Shown in pieces: positions 21,112 to 30,808 of a DNA stretch of 64,000 nt (positions within the stretch are counted from its first letter, which is position 1; each line of letters opens with the position of its first letter). Both the position numbers and the translations under genes were made by a program. The stretch comes from an uncultured Verrucomicrobiae bacterium (lineage in GTDB: Bacteria; Verrucomicrobiota; Verrucomicrobiia; Palsa-1439), in the NCBI GenBank assembly GCA_963812605.1, contig CAWEWF010000005.1, positions 224,001 to 288,000 on the forward strand. The letters are read 5' to 3'. The notes under the pieces are model-generated. The model ran no database searches. It had not been told where the DNA came from and saw nothing but the letters and a program-made list of their open reading frames with translations.

Positions 21112-21171
21112 AGTTCAGAATGCGAAACAAGAATCATCAACAATCAAACAAACAAGGAAAAGGAGATCGAC

Positions 21172-22077
21172 ATGTTATCCGACAATAATAAACGGATCGC
21201 CGTGATCGGTGCAACGGGGCAGCAGGGAGGCGGAGTCGTCCGTGCCCTGCAAGCCACCGGTCAATTCAAGGTGTGCGCTCTGAGCCGTAATCCGGGCAAG
21301 CATCCCGAACTTGCCGACGAAGTCGTCGAAGCAGACTTAAACCGCCCTGAAACCCTCAAAGCAGCATTTGAAGGGGCACATGGCGTCTTTCTGGTCACCA
21401 ATTGGTACGAAAGAGGCGCCGGCGAACTCCAGCAGGCCACGGCAGCGGTGCGCGCTGCCCGGGATGCCGGCGTCAAACACTTTGTCTGGTCCACGCTGCC
21501 TGATGTGGAAACGATCAGCGGCGGCAAGATCCAAGTTCCCCACTTTACCGACAAGGCCAGGGTTGAATCGATCGTCAAGGCGGCCGGGTTTCCGCATCAC
21601 ACATTTGTCATCGCTCCTTTCTACTACCAGAACCTTGTGGGCGCTTTTGGGCCGCAAAAACTGCCGGACGGCTCGCAGGGCTGGGCTGTTCCCTTCGATC
21701 CGAATGCGCGTTGCCTTCACATGGGCGACATCACCGAACTTGGCAATCTCGTGGCCGGAGCGTTCCTTCACCCGGACCAGGCAGGCCACGGCGAATATCT
21801 GCCGCTCGTCGGCGATTTCATGAGCTTCAACGAAATCGTCGAGACGCTCAATCGGCAGGGACATAAATTATCAGTCACACAAGTCCCAAAGGAGATGTTC
21901 GCCACGTTCTTTCCCGGGGCCGCCGAGGTAGCAGAGATGTTCAGCTACATCCAGGCTCATACCTATTTGGGTTCGGATTCGTCGGACCGAATTGCGCTCG
22001 CCAACAAAATAGCAGGCCGGCAACCGACCAGGTTCTCGACGTGGGCTCGACTGAATGTCCCGGTTCAGACCACCTGA
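21172..22077 (+). CDS. NmrA/HSCARG family NAD(P)-binding protein
   Basis: IAVIGATGQQGGGVV, AGVKHFVWSTL and PHFTDKA. Confidence 0.9.
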   Translation: MLSDNNKRIAVIGATGQQGGGVVRALQATGQFKVCALSRNPGKHPELADEVVEADLNRPETLKAAFEGAHGVFLVTNWYERGAGELQQATAAVRAARDAGVKHFVWSTLPDVETISGGKIQVPHFTDKARVESIVKAAGFPHHTFVIAPFYYQNLVGAFGPQKLPDGSQGWAVPFDPNARCLHMGDITELGNLVAGAFLHPDQAGHGEYLPLVGDFMSFNEIVETLNRQGHKLSVTQVPKEMFATFFPGAAEVAEMFSYIQAHTYLGSDSSDRIALANKIAGRQPTRFSTWARLNVPVQTT

Positions 22078-22113
22078 ATGCAGTCACCATCAACCAAACA
22101 GAAAGGAATAAAC

Positions 22114-22545
22114 ATGAAAGACAACACTCGGGTTCAAACTCAACGTTCATCCAAAGGCAAAACGATCGCCCTTTGGTCGCTGCAAATCCTGGTCGCCGCC
22201 GCGTTTCTCATGGCCGGCTTCGCGAAACTGTCCGGCCAGCCGATGATGGTCCAGATGTTCGAAAAAATCGGCATCGGCCAATGGTTTCGTTATGTCACCG
22301 GCACTATCGAGCTGGTTTCCGCGATCCTACTCCTCGTGCCGCGAGTTGTCCCGGTCGGAGCGGCGTTGCTCGTCTGCACGATGTGCGGCGCGGTTCTGAC
22401 ACATCTCGTCAAGCTCGGCGGCTCGCCGTTGCCCGCCCTGGTCCTGGGCTGCCTGGCGGCGTTCATCCTCTGGCTTCGGTTCGATGGATTGAAGGCGCTC
22501 ACCAGCAAGCCGAAACCCGTGGCTGCGTTTCCGACCGCTGGTTGA
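22114..22545 (+). CDS. DoxX family membrane protein
   Basis: LWSLQILVAAAFLMAGFAKL..GQWFRYVTGTIE..GAVLTHL. Confidence 0.88.
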   Translation: MKDNTRVQTQRSSKGKTIALWSLQILVAAAFLMAGFAKLSGQPMMVQMFEKIGIGQWFRYVTGTIELVSAILLLVPRVVPVGAALLVCTMCGAVLTHLVKLGGSPLPALVLGCLAAFILWLRFDGLKALTSKPKPVAAFPTAG

Positions 22546-22700
22546 CCTGAGTTACCTCGTCGATTTTTGCTTTCGGAAGTTCGTACCGTGCCGGTCGAAG
22601 CCTTTGATCGCATCCCGACCAGGTTTGAAATCGCATTGACCGATTGCCGCACGGGGCGGCGAGCCGAGGTTTCTCACAGTACGGTATCGATGACCGTTCA

Positions 22701-23006
22701 TTGCCTTTTTGTGATCTGCATCTAAAGGCTTCCCTCCGCCCATACCCGTACCGCTGGAAGTGCACACAAGTGATCCCGGCTGCACCAAAAACCGTTGGGG
22801 AGCACATAAAACGCCACAGACTTAAACTACATCTCTTCCAGACTCAGGTGGCGATGATGCTTGGTGTAGATGTGGAGTCCATTCGGAACTGGGAAAAGAA
22901 TACCTATAAGCCCATCGCACGACTTATGCCCAGGATCGTCAAATGGCTCGGGTATGACCCTCGGAAGGCTCTTGCGAGGCGCACGCCCTCACGAGGCGGG
23001 AGCTGA
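22701..23006 (+). CDS. Small XRE/HTH_3 family protein (copy 2)
   Basis: TVGEHIKRHRLKLHLFQTQVAMMLGVDVESIRNWE. Colinear DNA similarity to 12219-12510. Confidence 0.7.
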   Translation: MPFCDLHLKASLRPYPYRWKCTQVIPAAPKTVGEHIKRHRLKLHLFQTQVAMMLGVDVESIRNWEKNTYKPIARLMPRIVKWLGYDPRKALARRTPSRGGS

Positions 23007-23065
23007 TAGGAACGCGTCCTCACGGTTACGCTCTCAGAAGTTCTCATTCAAATCCATGCGACGCA

Positions 23066-24737
23066 CTACGGCGCGGTGACTTCCACGCGGTAGAAGCGCG
23101 ATGGAATGTTGGTGGCGCCGCCGGTGTCGGTGAAGCTGAGGACGCCACCAGTCCCCGGCTGCGAGGCGCCCGTGTTCGTCCAGTTCGTCGGCATCAGTGA
23201 CGGAGTGAACTGCAGTTGATAGGTATGACCGGTGACCGATGGGACCTGCATGATGAAATCCTGGCCCGACACGCTGGTCTGCGAAATCTTCACGCTGCTC
23301 GCGTCCAGGACCGTGCCACTGCCGGTAAAGGTGGAATGGAAATTCGTCGAGCCGTTGATGAGATCAAGGACGCCGTTGTTGACGACCGCACCATAACCCT
23401 CCAACACGCTGCCGTTGATCGCCCGCATCGTCCCATTGTTTGTGAGGATGCCCGTGAAGGTCAGCGTCCCGCCGCAATCGGTGAGCACCGTACCGCCCGC
23501 GTCCACGGTGACGATGCCGTTGATCGTGCCGCATCCGGTCAGGAACGCGTTGGTGCGGACGCGCAGACCGTTGTTGAAGGAATGGATGCCACCGAGCAGA
23601 TGATAGGTTGCCGTATTCGTACCATTGCCGACGATGAATTGCTGTGTGTTCGTGACGACCGTCGCGCTGGATTGGAGCGTGCCGCCGTTAATCGTCACGA
23701 CGCTGTTGAGACCGTTCGTAGCGATGAGGCTGTCCACGGTCACGGAGCCACCGTTGAGGAACAAGCTGCCTTTGCCGCCGACCCGGCTCACCACCAACGC
23801 ACCGTTGCCGGCCGCATTGGTCACGATTAGGCTGCCGCTATTCACTTGAATGACATTGTTGCTGGCCAAGCCGAAACTGGGATCGCTGAAGTCCACGACC
23901 GCGTGTACTCGCCACGACTGAACCACCCGCAATGGTCAACGTGTTAGTCGCACCAAAGTAGCCGACGTAGAGGGTCCCGGCAACGCTCCAGACCGAGCCG
24001 GGGCCGGTCACCACAACGCTGTTGTTGCCGCCGCCGGTCCCGCCGTTGTCAATCCAGCCATCGCCGTTGAACACCGCGCCCTGATTGCTGATGACCAGAC
24101 TATTGCCCGCGCCGGATGTGCCGATGTACAGAGTGCCGCGGTTGCGCCAGACCGAGCCGAGACCGGTCACCACCGCGCTATTGTTGCTGCTGTCGGACTG
24201 CAAGCCCAAGTACCCATCGCCATCGAACACCGCGCCCTGATTGCTGACGACCAGACGATTGCCCGCGCCATCGAAGCCGACGTACAGGTCGGAGCTGTTG
24301 GACCAGACCGAGCCCGGGCCAGTAACCATCACACTGTTGTTGCTGCTGCTGGAGTTGTTGCCCACGTAGCCGAGGGTGTTGAACACCGTGCCGCCGTTGG
24401 TGATGACCAGACGGCTGCCCGCGCCGGAGTAGCCGACGATCAGGCTGAAGCTGTTGCTCCAGATGCCACCGTTGACGATCGCCGCGTTGTTGCTTCCGCG
24501 GGTGGCAAAGCCAATGAACCCACTAGCCGCACTGGACAGGGTGCCGCCGGCGTTGATGACCAGGGCGTCCAGGAACGTGTTGCTGCCGACGACGTACCGG
24601 AAGTTGGTGTTATCCACCCAATTACTGGCGACATTGATGGTGTTGGTTTGGAAGTTGGCCGTGAATTGGGCGTGCACAGAACCGGTGAGGGAAAATGAAA
24701 CCACGGCCCACAGAACGACTGCCAAGAATCGCTTCAT
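23066..24737 (-). CDS. Secreted beta-helix protein with T5SS/PEP-CTERM-associated repeats and C-terminal sorting-like domain (frameshift ~23910)
   Basis: Signal peptide MKRFLAVVLW. About four repeats of type VTGPGSVWSNSSDLYVG..GAGNRLVVSNQGAV. Ends FTDTGGATNIPSRFYRVEVTAP. Confidence 0.8.
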
Positions 24738-25039
24738 GACTGCACGCCTTTTTTTGCCAAGGAGGGATTTCCCCTTGCGACCTCGCCGCAGAGTGAACCA
24801 GAGCCCCGCCCCAAAGTCGAGTGTTTTCTTGGCCCGCAAGAGAGTGGGGACGAGCCGCCGTGGCGACCGCTCCGGAACCAATCTCAACCTATATGCTCCG
24901 TCAGCCCGACACGACCTTATGCGGGTTTTGGTGTTATTAGGTTTTTCACAGCCCAACAACTGTGAGGGTACGGTGTTAGGACTAGACAAAGGCCAGTGCC
25001 GAGTCGGGAGTTCAAACGAGCAGTGTTCGTAGTCTTAAA

Positions 25040-25200
25040 TAATGATTGTTTCTTTGGCGTAGCCTGACGGCGTTCCCAGTTTGCGAGGGTTTCCAGGTGC
25101 ACCTCGAGCTTGACAGCCAATGCCGCTTGACTCAAATTTTCGCGCAGGCGGTATTTTTTAAGGGGTTCGGCGAAGGTGATGGGCTGGTTTTCCCAGGGTG
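25040..25200 (-). CDS. Third, more divergent XRE HTH (probably degenerate)
   Basis: PITFAEPLKKYRLRENLSQAALAVKLEVHLETLANWE within ORF 24917..25312. Confidence 0.5.
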
Positions 25201-25330
25201 GCGAATCCCCTTTATGGCCCGGAGGACGAGATGGCAAAAAGGGCGCAGAAGGATCCCCCCTCCGCCAGTCTTCGCCCGAAGCGGAACGCAGGTGACCGGC
25301 GCTCATAATCAATGGATGCGCGATTAGCCC

Positions 25331-27722
25331 ATGAAAAGCTTCAAACCCCCGGTACTTTTCCTCATCATTTTGTCCCTATGCGGACGCCCCGCACAGGCAC
25401 AGGACAATGTCAGGGGCGGTTCCGAGCCGATCATGGGCTCGATCGACCCGGCCAAGTTGACCTATGATTACCTGGTCGATGGCAACCTGCCGCAGGACGA
25501 CCCGGCGGCCAGGAAATTCAAGACGCTGCAGGCCGCGTATGAAGCCGCCCCCGCAGGAACAGAAGCAAAACCGACGGTCATCGGAATCAAACCGAACGTG
25601 TATCAACTTCCGGGCCCGGCCACGCGAGGCCCAAGCCTGAGCATCCGGAAAAACTACATTACCCTGCTGGGATTGACCAACAACCGCCGCGCGGTGGTGC
25701 TGGCGGACAATCGCGGCCTGATGCAGGGCGCCGAGGACGACGGCTACCTCATCGATATCAACGCCACCGGATTCACCGCGAAGAACCTCACCATCATCAA
25801 TTATTGCAACACCGACTATGAGTACCCCGGCGATCCCGGCAAGAATCTCACGAAACGTTCCGACGTCATCACGCAGGCCGTGGCACTCCAGGCGGCGGGC
25901 GACAAGCACTCGTACGAGAATGTCGCGCTGCTCAGCCGTCTTGACACGATGTTTCTGCGCACCACGCGGTCTTATTTCAAAAACGTCTACATCGAAGGCA
26001 CGGACGATTGGATGGGCGAAGGCCAGATCAGTGTCTGGGAAGATTGCACGCTGGTCTTCCCGACGGGGTCCGGGGTGATGTCGGCATCGGGGATCGTCTT
26101 TTTCAATTGCACGTTCGCAGCGACCCGCGGCATGCGCTTCTACAAGGCCGAATTTCGCAGCGCCGAGCGACCGAATGTTCTCATCAATTGCGTGGTGCCG
26201 GTCAGATTCACCGAGGGCGCCAGTTGCCTGGGTGCGAGGCGTGGCCGCACCCAGACCGAGCCAGCTTTCTCTCACGTATCACACCAGGAACGCCAAGGGC
26301 GATCCCGCGGTCTTCTACGACGGCACCGTCGGGGAGCCCGCTTTCAGCTACTCCCGAGAGTTGTCCGACCAGGAACGCCGGGCCTTCAACCCCTGGAATC
26401 TGCTCCGGGCGGCGCCAAACGCCCCGGCCGACGACTGGGACCCGGCGGGCACGAGGCGCAAGTATGAAGCGGACGGACAAGGAGATCTACCTTTCCGCAT
26501 CACGTTGACGAACGCTTCGCCATCGATTCGCACGGGCGGACCCGGCGCAACCATCGGCGCGACGGTCACGCCGACCCGTGCCGACCCGACCATCATCTGG
26601 TCAACCAAATCGGACTTGGTTTCACTCAGCCGAACGACGGGCTCGAATGTCGTTGTGACAGGTCAAAATACAACCAGCCAGGCGGAATGGGTTGCCGTGA
26701 AAGCCACCGCGTCCAACGGCTTCTACGTGACAGCCCATGTCTATGTTGAGCCAAAATACTCCGATCCGCCGGCGGTGATTGCGGGGCCTGTCGTGAATTC
26801 ACCCGCGGACGGAATGGCCACGGTGAATTACACGCTCGATTTGGGCGGCAAGCAGGATCAGTCGCGCGTTTCCTGGTTCATCTGCGACACCGTTGCGGGA
26901 ACCAATCCGAGGAAAATTGCGGTCAGCAGGGGAAACCAGCCCCTGAAGACGCTCCCACTGGTGCCGGGCTATGTCGGCAAATATCTCAAGGTGACGGTTC
27001 AGCCCAAGCACAGCTTGAGCGATCCCGGTCCGGAAATACAGGCAGTGAGCGCAAAACCCGTCGCGCCAACCGACATCCGGTCCACCACCGTTTCGCCGAA
27101 TTTCAGGGATTTCGTGCCGGAAACCAATGACCTATACGCGAGTGGTTTGTGGACGGTTCTGGGCACCTGGGCGGTTGTGTCCGGGGATAATTTTGTGAAC
27201 GGTTACGGCATTCGGCCGAGTACCCCGGCCTGGCTGCTCTACCAGCAGGATGCGGACAGCGGCGATATGCAGGTCGACCTGATGATGGCGTCCGAAAAGG
27301 ATGGCCAGGCGTTTTCGGTCCCCGGCTCGCCTGCGGACAGCGGCCCGCGCAATCTTCACGCGGACATGTATATCAAGTACGATCCGCGAACCAGGAATGG
27401 CTACGCCCTGCGGATGTGGAGAACGACCCAGTCCGCCTCCAAGTGTATGTTTCAACTCTACAAGATCGAGAACGGCGCGGGATCGCCCCTCAATGACCGT
27501 CAGGTATTGAGCGGCGTATTCAAAACAACCACCCACATGACCCTGAAGGTCACCGGCACCACCCTGACGGTCAGCGCGTCCAACGATGTGGACAATGAAA
27601 CACTCGCCCTGGAGGGAACCATCGCGCCCAATCGTTTTGGCGGAGCGGGCGTCTATTGGCCCGGGGGCAGCAGCGCCATCTTCAGCCGCTTTGAGATATC
27701 GTATCCGGCCGCGATCAAATGA
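25331..27722 (+). CDS. Secreted pectinesterase (CE8)-like beta-helix protein with C-terminal domains (frameshift ~26205)
   Basis: FKTLQAA, FTAKNLTIIN, QAVALQAAGDK, SRLDTMF and RSYFKNVYIEGTDDW. Continues in ORF 26175..27722. Confidence 0.75.
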
Positions 27723-27793
27723 TAAACCGTACCGGCTTGCAGTGCACGCCTCAGTCAGCGAGAAGCTACAGCATTCGTTCTGCTTTGCATTGC

Positions 27794-28189
27794 TCAGCCC
27801 CGATATTGTTCATCGCTGACCTTTTCCATCCAGTCAACCACTTTGCCGTCGAGGTTTTCCTGAATGGCGATGTGCGTCATGGCCGTGGTTGGCGCGGCGC
27901 CATGCCAATGCTTCTCGCCCGGTGGGAACCACACCACGTCACCGGGCCGAATTTCTTCGATCGGGCCGCCCCAGCGCTGCGCACGCCCGCAGCCAGCGAT
28001 CACAATCAGCGTCTGGCCGAGCGGATGGGTGTGCCATGCGGTTCGAGCGGCGGGTTCAAACGTGACGCTGGCGCCAACCGCACGCGCCGGGGCGTTTGCC
28101 TGAAACAGGGGATCAATGCGCACCGTGCCGGTGAACCAATCGGCCGGCCCTTTGTTGGAAGGCTGTGAGCCAATTCTTTTGATTTCCAT
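27794..28189 (-). CDS. Cupin domain protein (Cupin_2)
   Basis: [12 protein letters not shown] and [17 protein letters not shown]. Confidence 0.92.
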   Translation of the reverse strand: MEIKRIGSQPSNKGPADWFTGTVRIDPLFQANAPARAVGASVTFEPAARTAWHTHPLGQTLIVIAGCGRAQRWGGPIEEIRPGDVVWFPPGEKHWHGAAPTTAMTHIAIQENLDGKVVDWMEKVSDEQYRG

Positions 28190-28572
28190 ATTGAACTCCC
28201 ATCTTTGAGTTTAACGTCGCGGCGAGTTTACCTTGCAGCGGCGTGGCTGTCCTACCCACTCTCGCTCGACCTGTTGCGATATTACTCGAAAGGAAGCATA
28301 TAGCTACCGCTGTCCGGTGTCGACCCAGAGAGGCAACTGGTGAGATCCTAGAATCCCCCGCGAAGAGCCTATCGCAGGTTGGGCCGTGCCTAGCGCCTTG
28401 CGACAAACCGACAGCCGTCCGCGATTTGCCGAACCGAGAGGCTGATTATCAAGTACTTACATAGAAGTCATCGTTGAACCCTTGGCCTGATATGGCGAAC
28501 TACTGATGCGACATACATCGGTAAGAAAAGGACAATCAGTCTGCGTCGTTGACCGCAGTTTTAGCTGTGGTT

Positions 28573-29059
28573 ATGATGCCAGCGTGTCGAACATCTTTGC
28601 AAAAGGCAGATTACTCCCTACGCAGTTGCGAACAGTGGCAGACCTGGCGGTTGGACGATGCAAGATATTTGCTAAAGAGCGGGATGACGGCACGTGCGAA
28701 CGCCGCGATGTATTTAGCGGGCTTCGTGATTGAATGTCTGTTGAAGGCAGGACTCTTAGAAAATTTTGGTTGGCTTCAAAATGCGGGATCTCCAGAAGGG
28801 CGACCGCCTCTGGACCGAGAGATTTGGTTTCTCTGTTATCGTTCGCATGATCTCGATGCCATGCTGGGACACCTATCACCTCTGACACGCCGGGCTGGCC
28901 GCGCGCGAGCAAGGAGGGAATACTCGGCTATTGCAGAACCTAAAATCAATTTGTGGTCAGTGGACGATCCACGCGCGATATTCACCCCGACTGGCAGATT
29001 TTAGCGAGGCGAATCAATTTGTTAAACAAGTGGAGGAATTGAAACCATGGCTAAGATAA
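28573..29059 (+). CDS. HEPN domain protein (frameshift ~28893; start uncertain)
   Basis: RLDDARYLL..AAMYLAGFVIECLLKA..SHDL. After a one-base correction it continues ..GQWTIHARYSP..EANQFVKQVEELKPWLR*. Confidence 0.7.
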
Positions 29060-29559
29060 ACGTTCCGGAGCCCCCGTTCATCGAACGACTGAAAAAAGCA
29101 TTGATTGATGGGTTGGCAACAGCGGGTATTGAAGCAGAAGTCGAAACAGAACCCGTACAATTGACCAAGCTCTACCGGGTGTCAGTGATCGCGTGGGGCT
29201 TCAAGCACATGCCTCCATCTGAACGCCAGGATTTCGTATGGAAAATAGCCGGTAACGCGTTGGACCGGGAAGAACAGTTGCGTATCAGCATGATCGTTAC
29301 GTTGACACCTGACGAATTGGATACCCGCTGGACTGACGACGAGAAAGTTCAAAACGAAATCGAATGTCTCAAGAGAGTGATCAAATATCTGAAGGCACAC
29401 ACGGGTAAGCCATTAAATGTCCGAATTCCTAACGCGCCATTCGAATGGGAAGAAGTCTCGTTAAAGTCCAGTGAGATTCCGCGTAAGCTATTAGACTGCC
29501 AAATCATATTGCAGAATTTTAGAAAAGCGAATCGTTTTCTTCATCCTGCAACAGTTTGA
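29047..29559 (+). CDS. Hypothetical protein with BolA-like N-terminal domain
   Basis: YRVSVIAWGFKHMPPSERQDFVWKIAGNAL..RISMIVTLTPDE resembles the BolA pattern. The start overlaps the HEPN stop. Confidence 0.55.
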   Translation: MAKINVPEPPFIERLKKALIDGLATAGIEAEVETEPVQLTKLYRVSVIAWGFKHMPPSERQDFVWKIAGNALDREEQLRISMIVTLTPDELDTRWTDDEKVQNEIECLKRVIKYLKAHTGKPLNVRIPNAPFEWEEVSLKSSEIPRKLLDCQIILQNFRKANRFLHPATV

Positions 29560-29767
29560 CTGCGCAATGTTCTCATCGGGGTCAACGGCTTCTACAGAGT
29601 CTGACCCCACAGATGCCCCACAAACTATGGTCCTCGTGCTGCTGGCGGGCGCGGTACTTGGCGGTCCGTTCGGTCAACGGGCACGCTGCACTGTGTAACA
29701 TACCCACGGGCGGGTTTGAAGTAAAAATCAGGCATTCGCCTTTTTTCGATAAAAACATTCTTTCCAC

Positions 29768-29797
29768 TTGACGGCAGTCTTACAATCTGTCAGATTG
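29768..29797 (+). promoter_or_regulatory. Putative leaderless promoter with PadR auto-operator
   Basis: TTGACG-N17-CAGATT ends 6 nt before the ATG. Palindrome CAATCTG-T-CAGATTG (29783-29797) overlaps the -10. Confidence 0.5.
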
Positions 29798-29802
29798 GTC
29801 GT

Positions 29803-30111
29803 ATGAAAACGGATGAGATGCCATCGCTGTCGCCTAAAGAGGCGATGATTTTGCAGATGCTCATTAGCGCCGGAGAGATGTACGGGTTGGAGATGGTCAA
29901 GACTTCCGGCAAGCAATTGGCGCGTGGCACCGTTTATGTCACGCTTTCACGGATGGAGGACAAGGGCTTTATCAATTCACGACTAGAAGAGCGGAGCGGC
30001 AATGATGCGGGGCCACCGCGCCGGTTATACTCGGCGAACGGTCACGGTATTCGAGTTCTTCGGGCGCGGGAAGCCGCAGCCGCCGTATGGGCACAAGCGA
30101 GGTTGGCGTGA
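29803..30111 (+). CDS. PadR family transcriptional regulator
   Basis: EMYGLEMV..LARGTVYVTLSRMEDKGFI..GPPRRLY. Confidence 0.9.
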   Translation: MKTDEMPSLSPKEAMILQMLISAGEMYGLEMVKTSGKQLARGTVYVTLSRMEDKGFINSRLEERSGNDAGPPRRLYSANGHGIRVLRAREAAAAVWAQARLA

Positions 30112-30749
30112 AATTGAAGCAGACCGACAGGGCGCTCAGGGCGTTTCTAAAAAGACTGAAAAAGGACGCGAAATTCGCCCGGAAGTTCGCCGATCATATG
30201 GCTGCTGAGGGCCATAAAGAATACGCCGATCTTATCCGCTGGAGCCCCAAACCTGATCGCCACCACCTTGCCAATGCGGACTTACTCAGGAACACTCTCC
30301 GTCTATGGTTCGATCCTGCATTCAAGGCTGCATTGGGAGGTTTCCACGGCGGACGTAGTGTTGCCGTTGGAATCGTCGTTGCAATAGCGCAGGCATTCAT
30401 TGGCATACTTTTTGCCGTCATAAAGATGGCCGTGGAAATCACCCTCGTGTTTCTAAGGCCGTTCGGTGGTTTTCCTAAAAGAAAACCCCTGATTATTCTA
30501 CCTCCCGGGACGCGCATCCGCCGGATCCTCGCTTGGTTGTGTCGGCCCCGTACGATGGCGCATACTTTCGACCCGGTGCTGACTGATCTTCGACATGAAT
30601 ATCTTGAGGCGCTCCGCGAGAAAAAGAAAGTGAAGGCCTTCTGGGTTCGTATCCGCGGTTACTGGTCGATCATAACCGCAATCGGATTGCAGTCCTTCGT
30701 GTCCGTCGGTAAAAAGATTGTAGCGTACTGGCGATCAAGTTCGATCTGA
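30108..30749 (+). CDS. Membrane protein translationally coupled to PadR
   Basis: GTGA overlap, hydrophobic segment, and PPG..FDPVLTDLRHEYLEAL..KAFWVRIRGYW. Confidence 0.65.
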   Translation: MKLKQTDRALRAFLKRLKKDAKFARKFADHMAAEGHKEYADLIRWSPKPDRHHLANADLLRNTLRLWFDPAFKAALGGFHGGRSVAVGIVVAIAQAFIGILFAVIKMAVEITLVFLRPFGGFPKRKPLIILPPGTRIRRILAWLCRPRTMAHTFDPVLTDLRHEYLEALREKKKVKAFWVRIRGYWSIITAIGLQSFVSVGKKIVAYWRSSSI

Positions 30750-30808
30750 CGTCCTCATCGGGGTCAACTCAGCACACTGGACAGTTGTGCGACGGACCAT
30801 ATTATGAC

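Noticed and set aside
23940-24480. Regularly spaced DNA repeats that could look like a CRISPR array
   Set aside because: They are in-frame degenerate protein repeats, with no identical repeats, unique spacers or cas genes.
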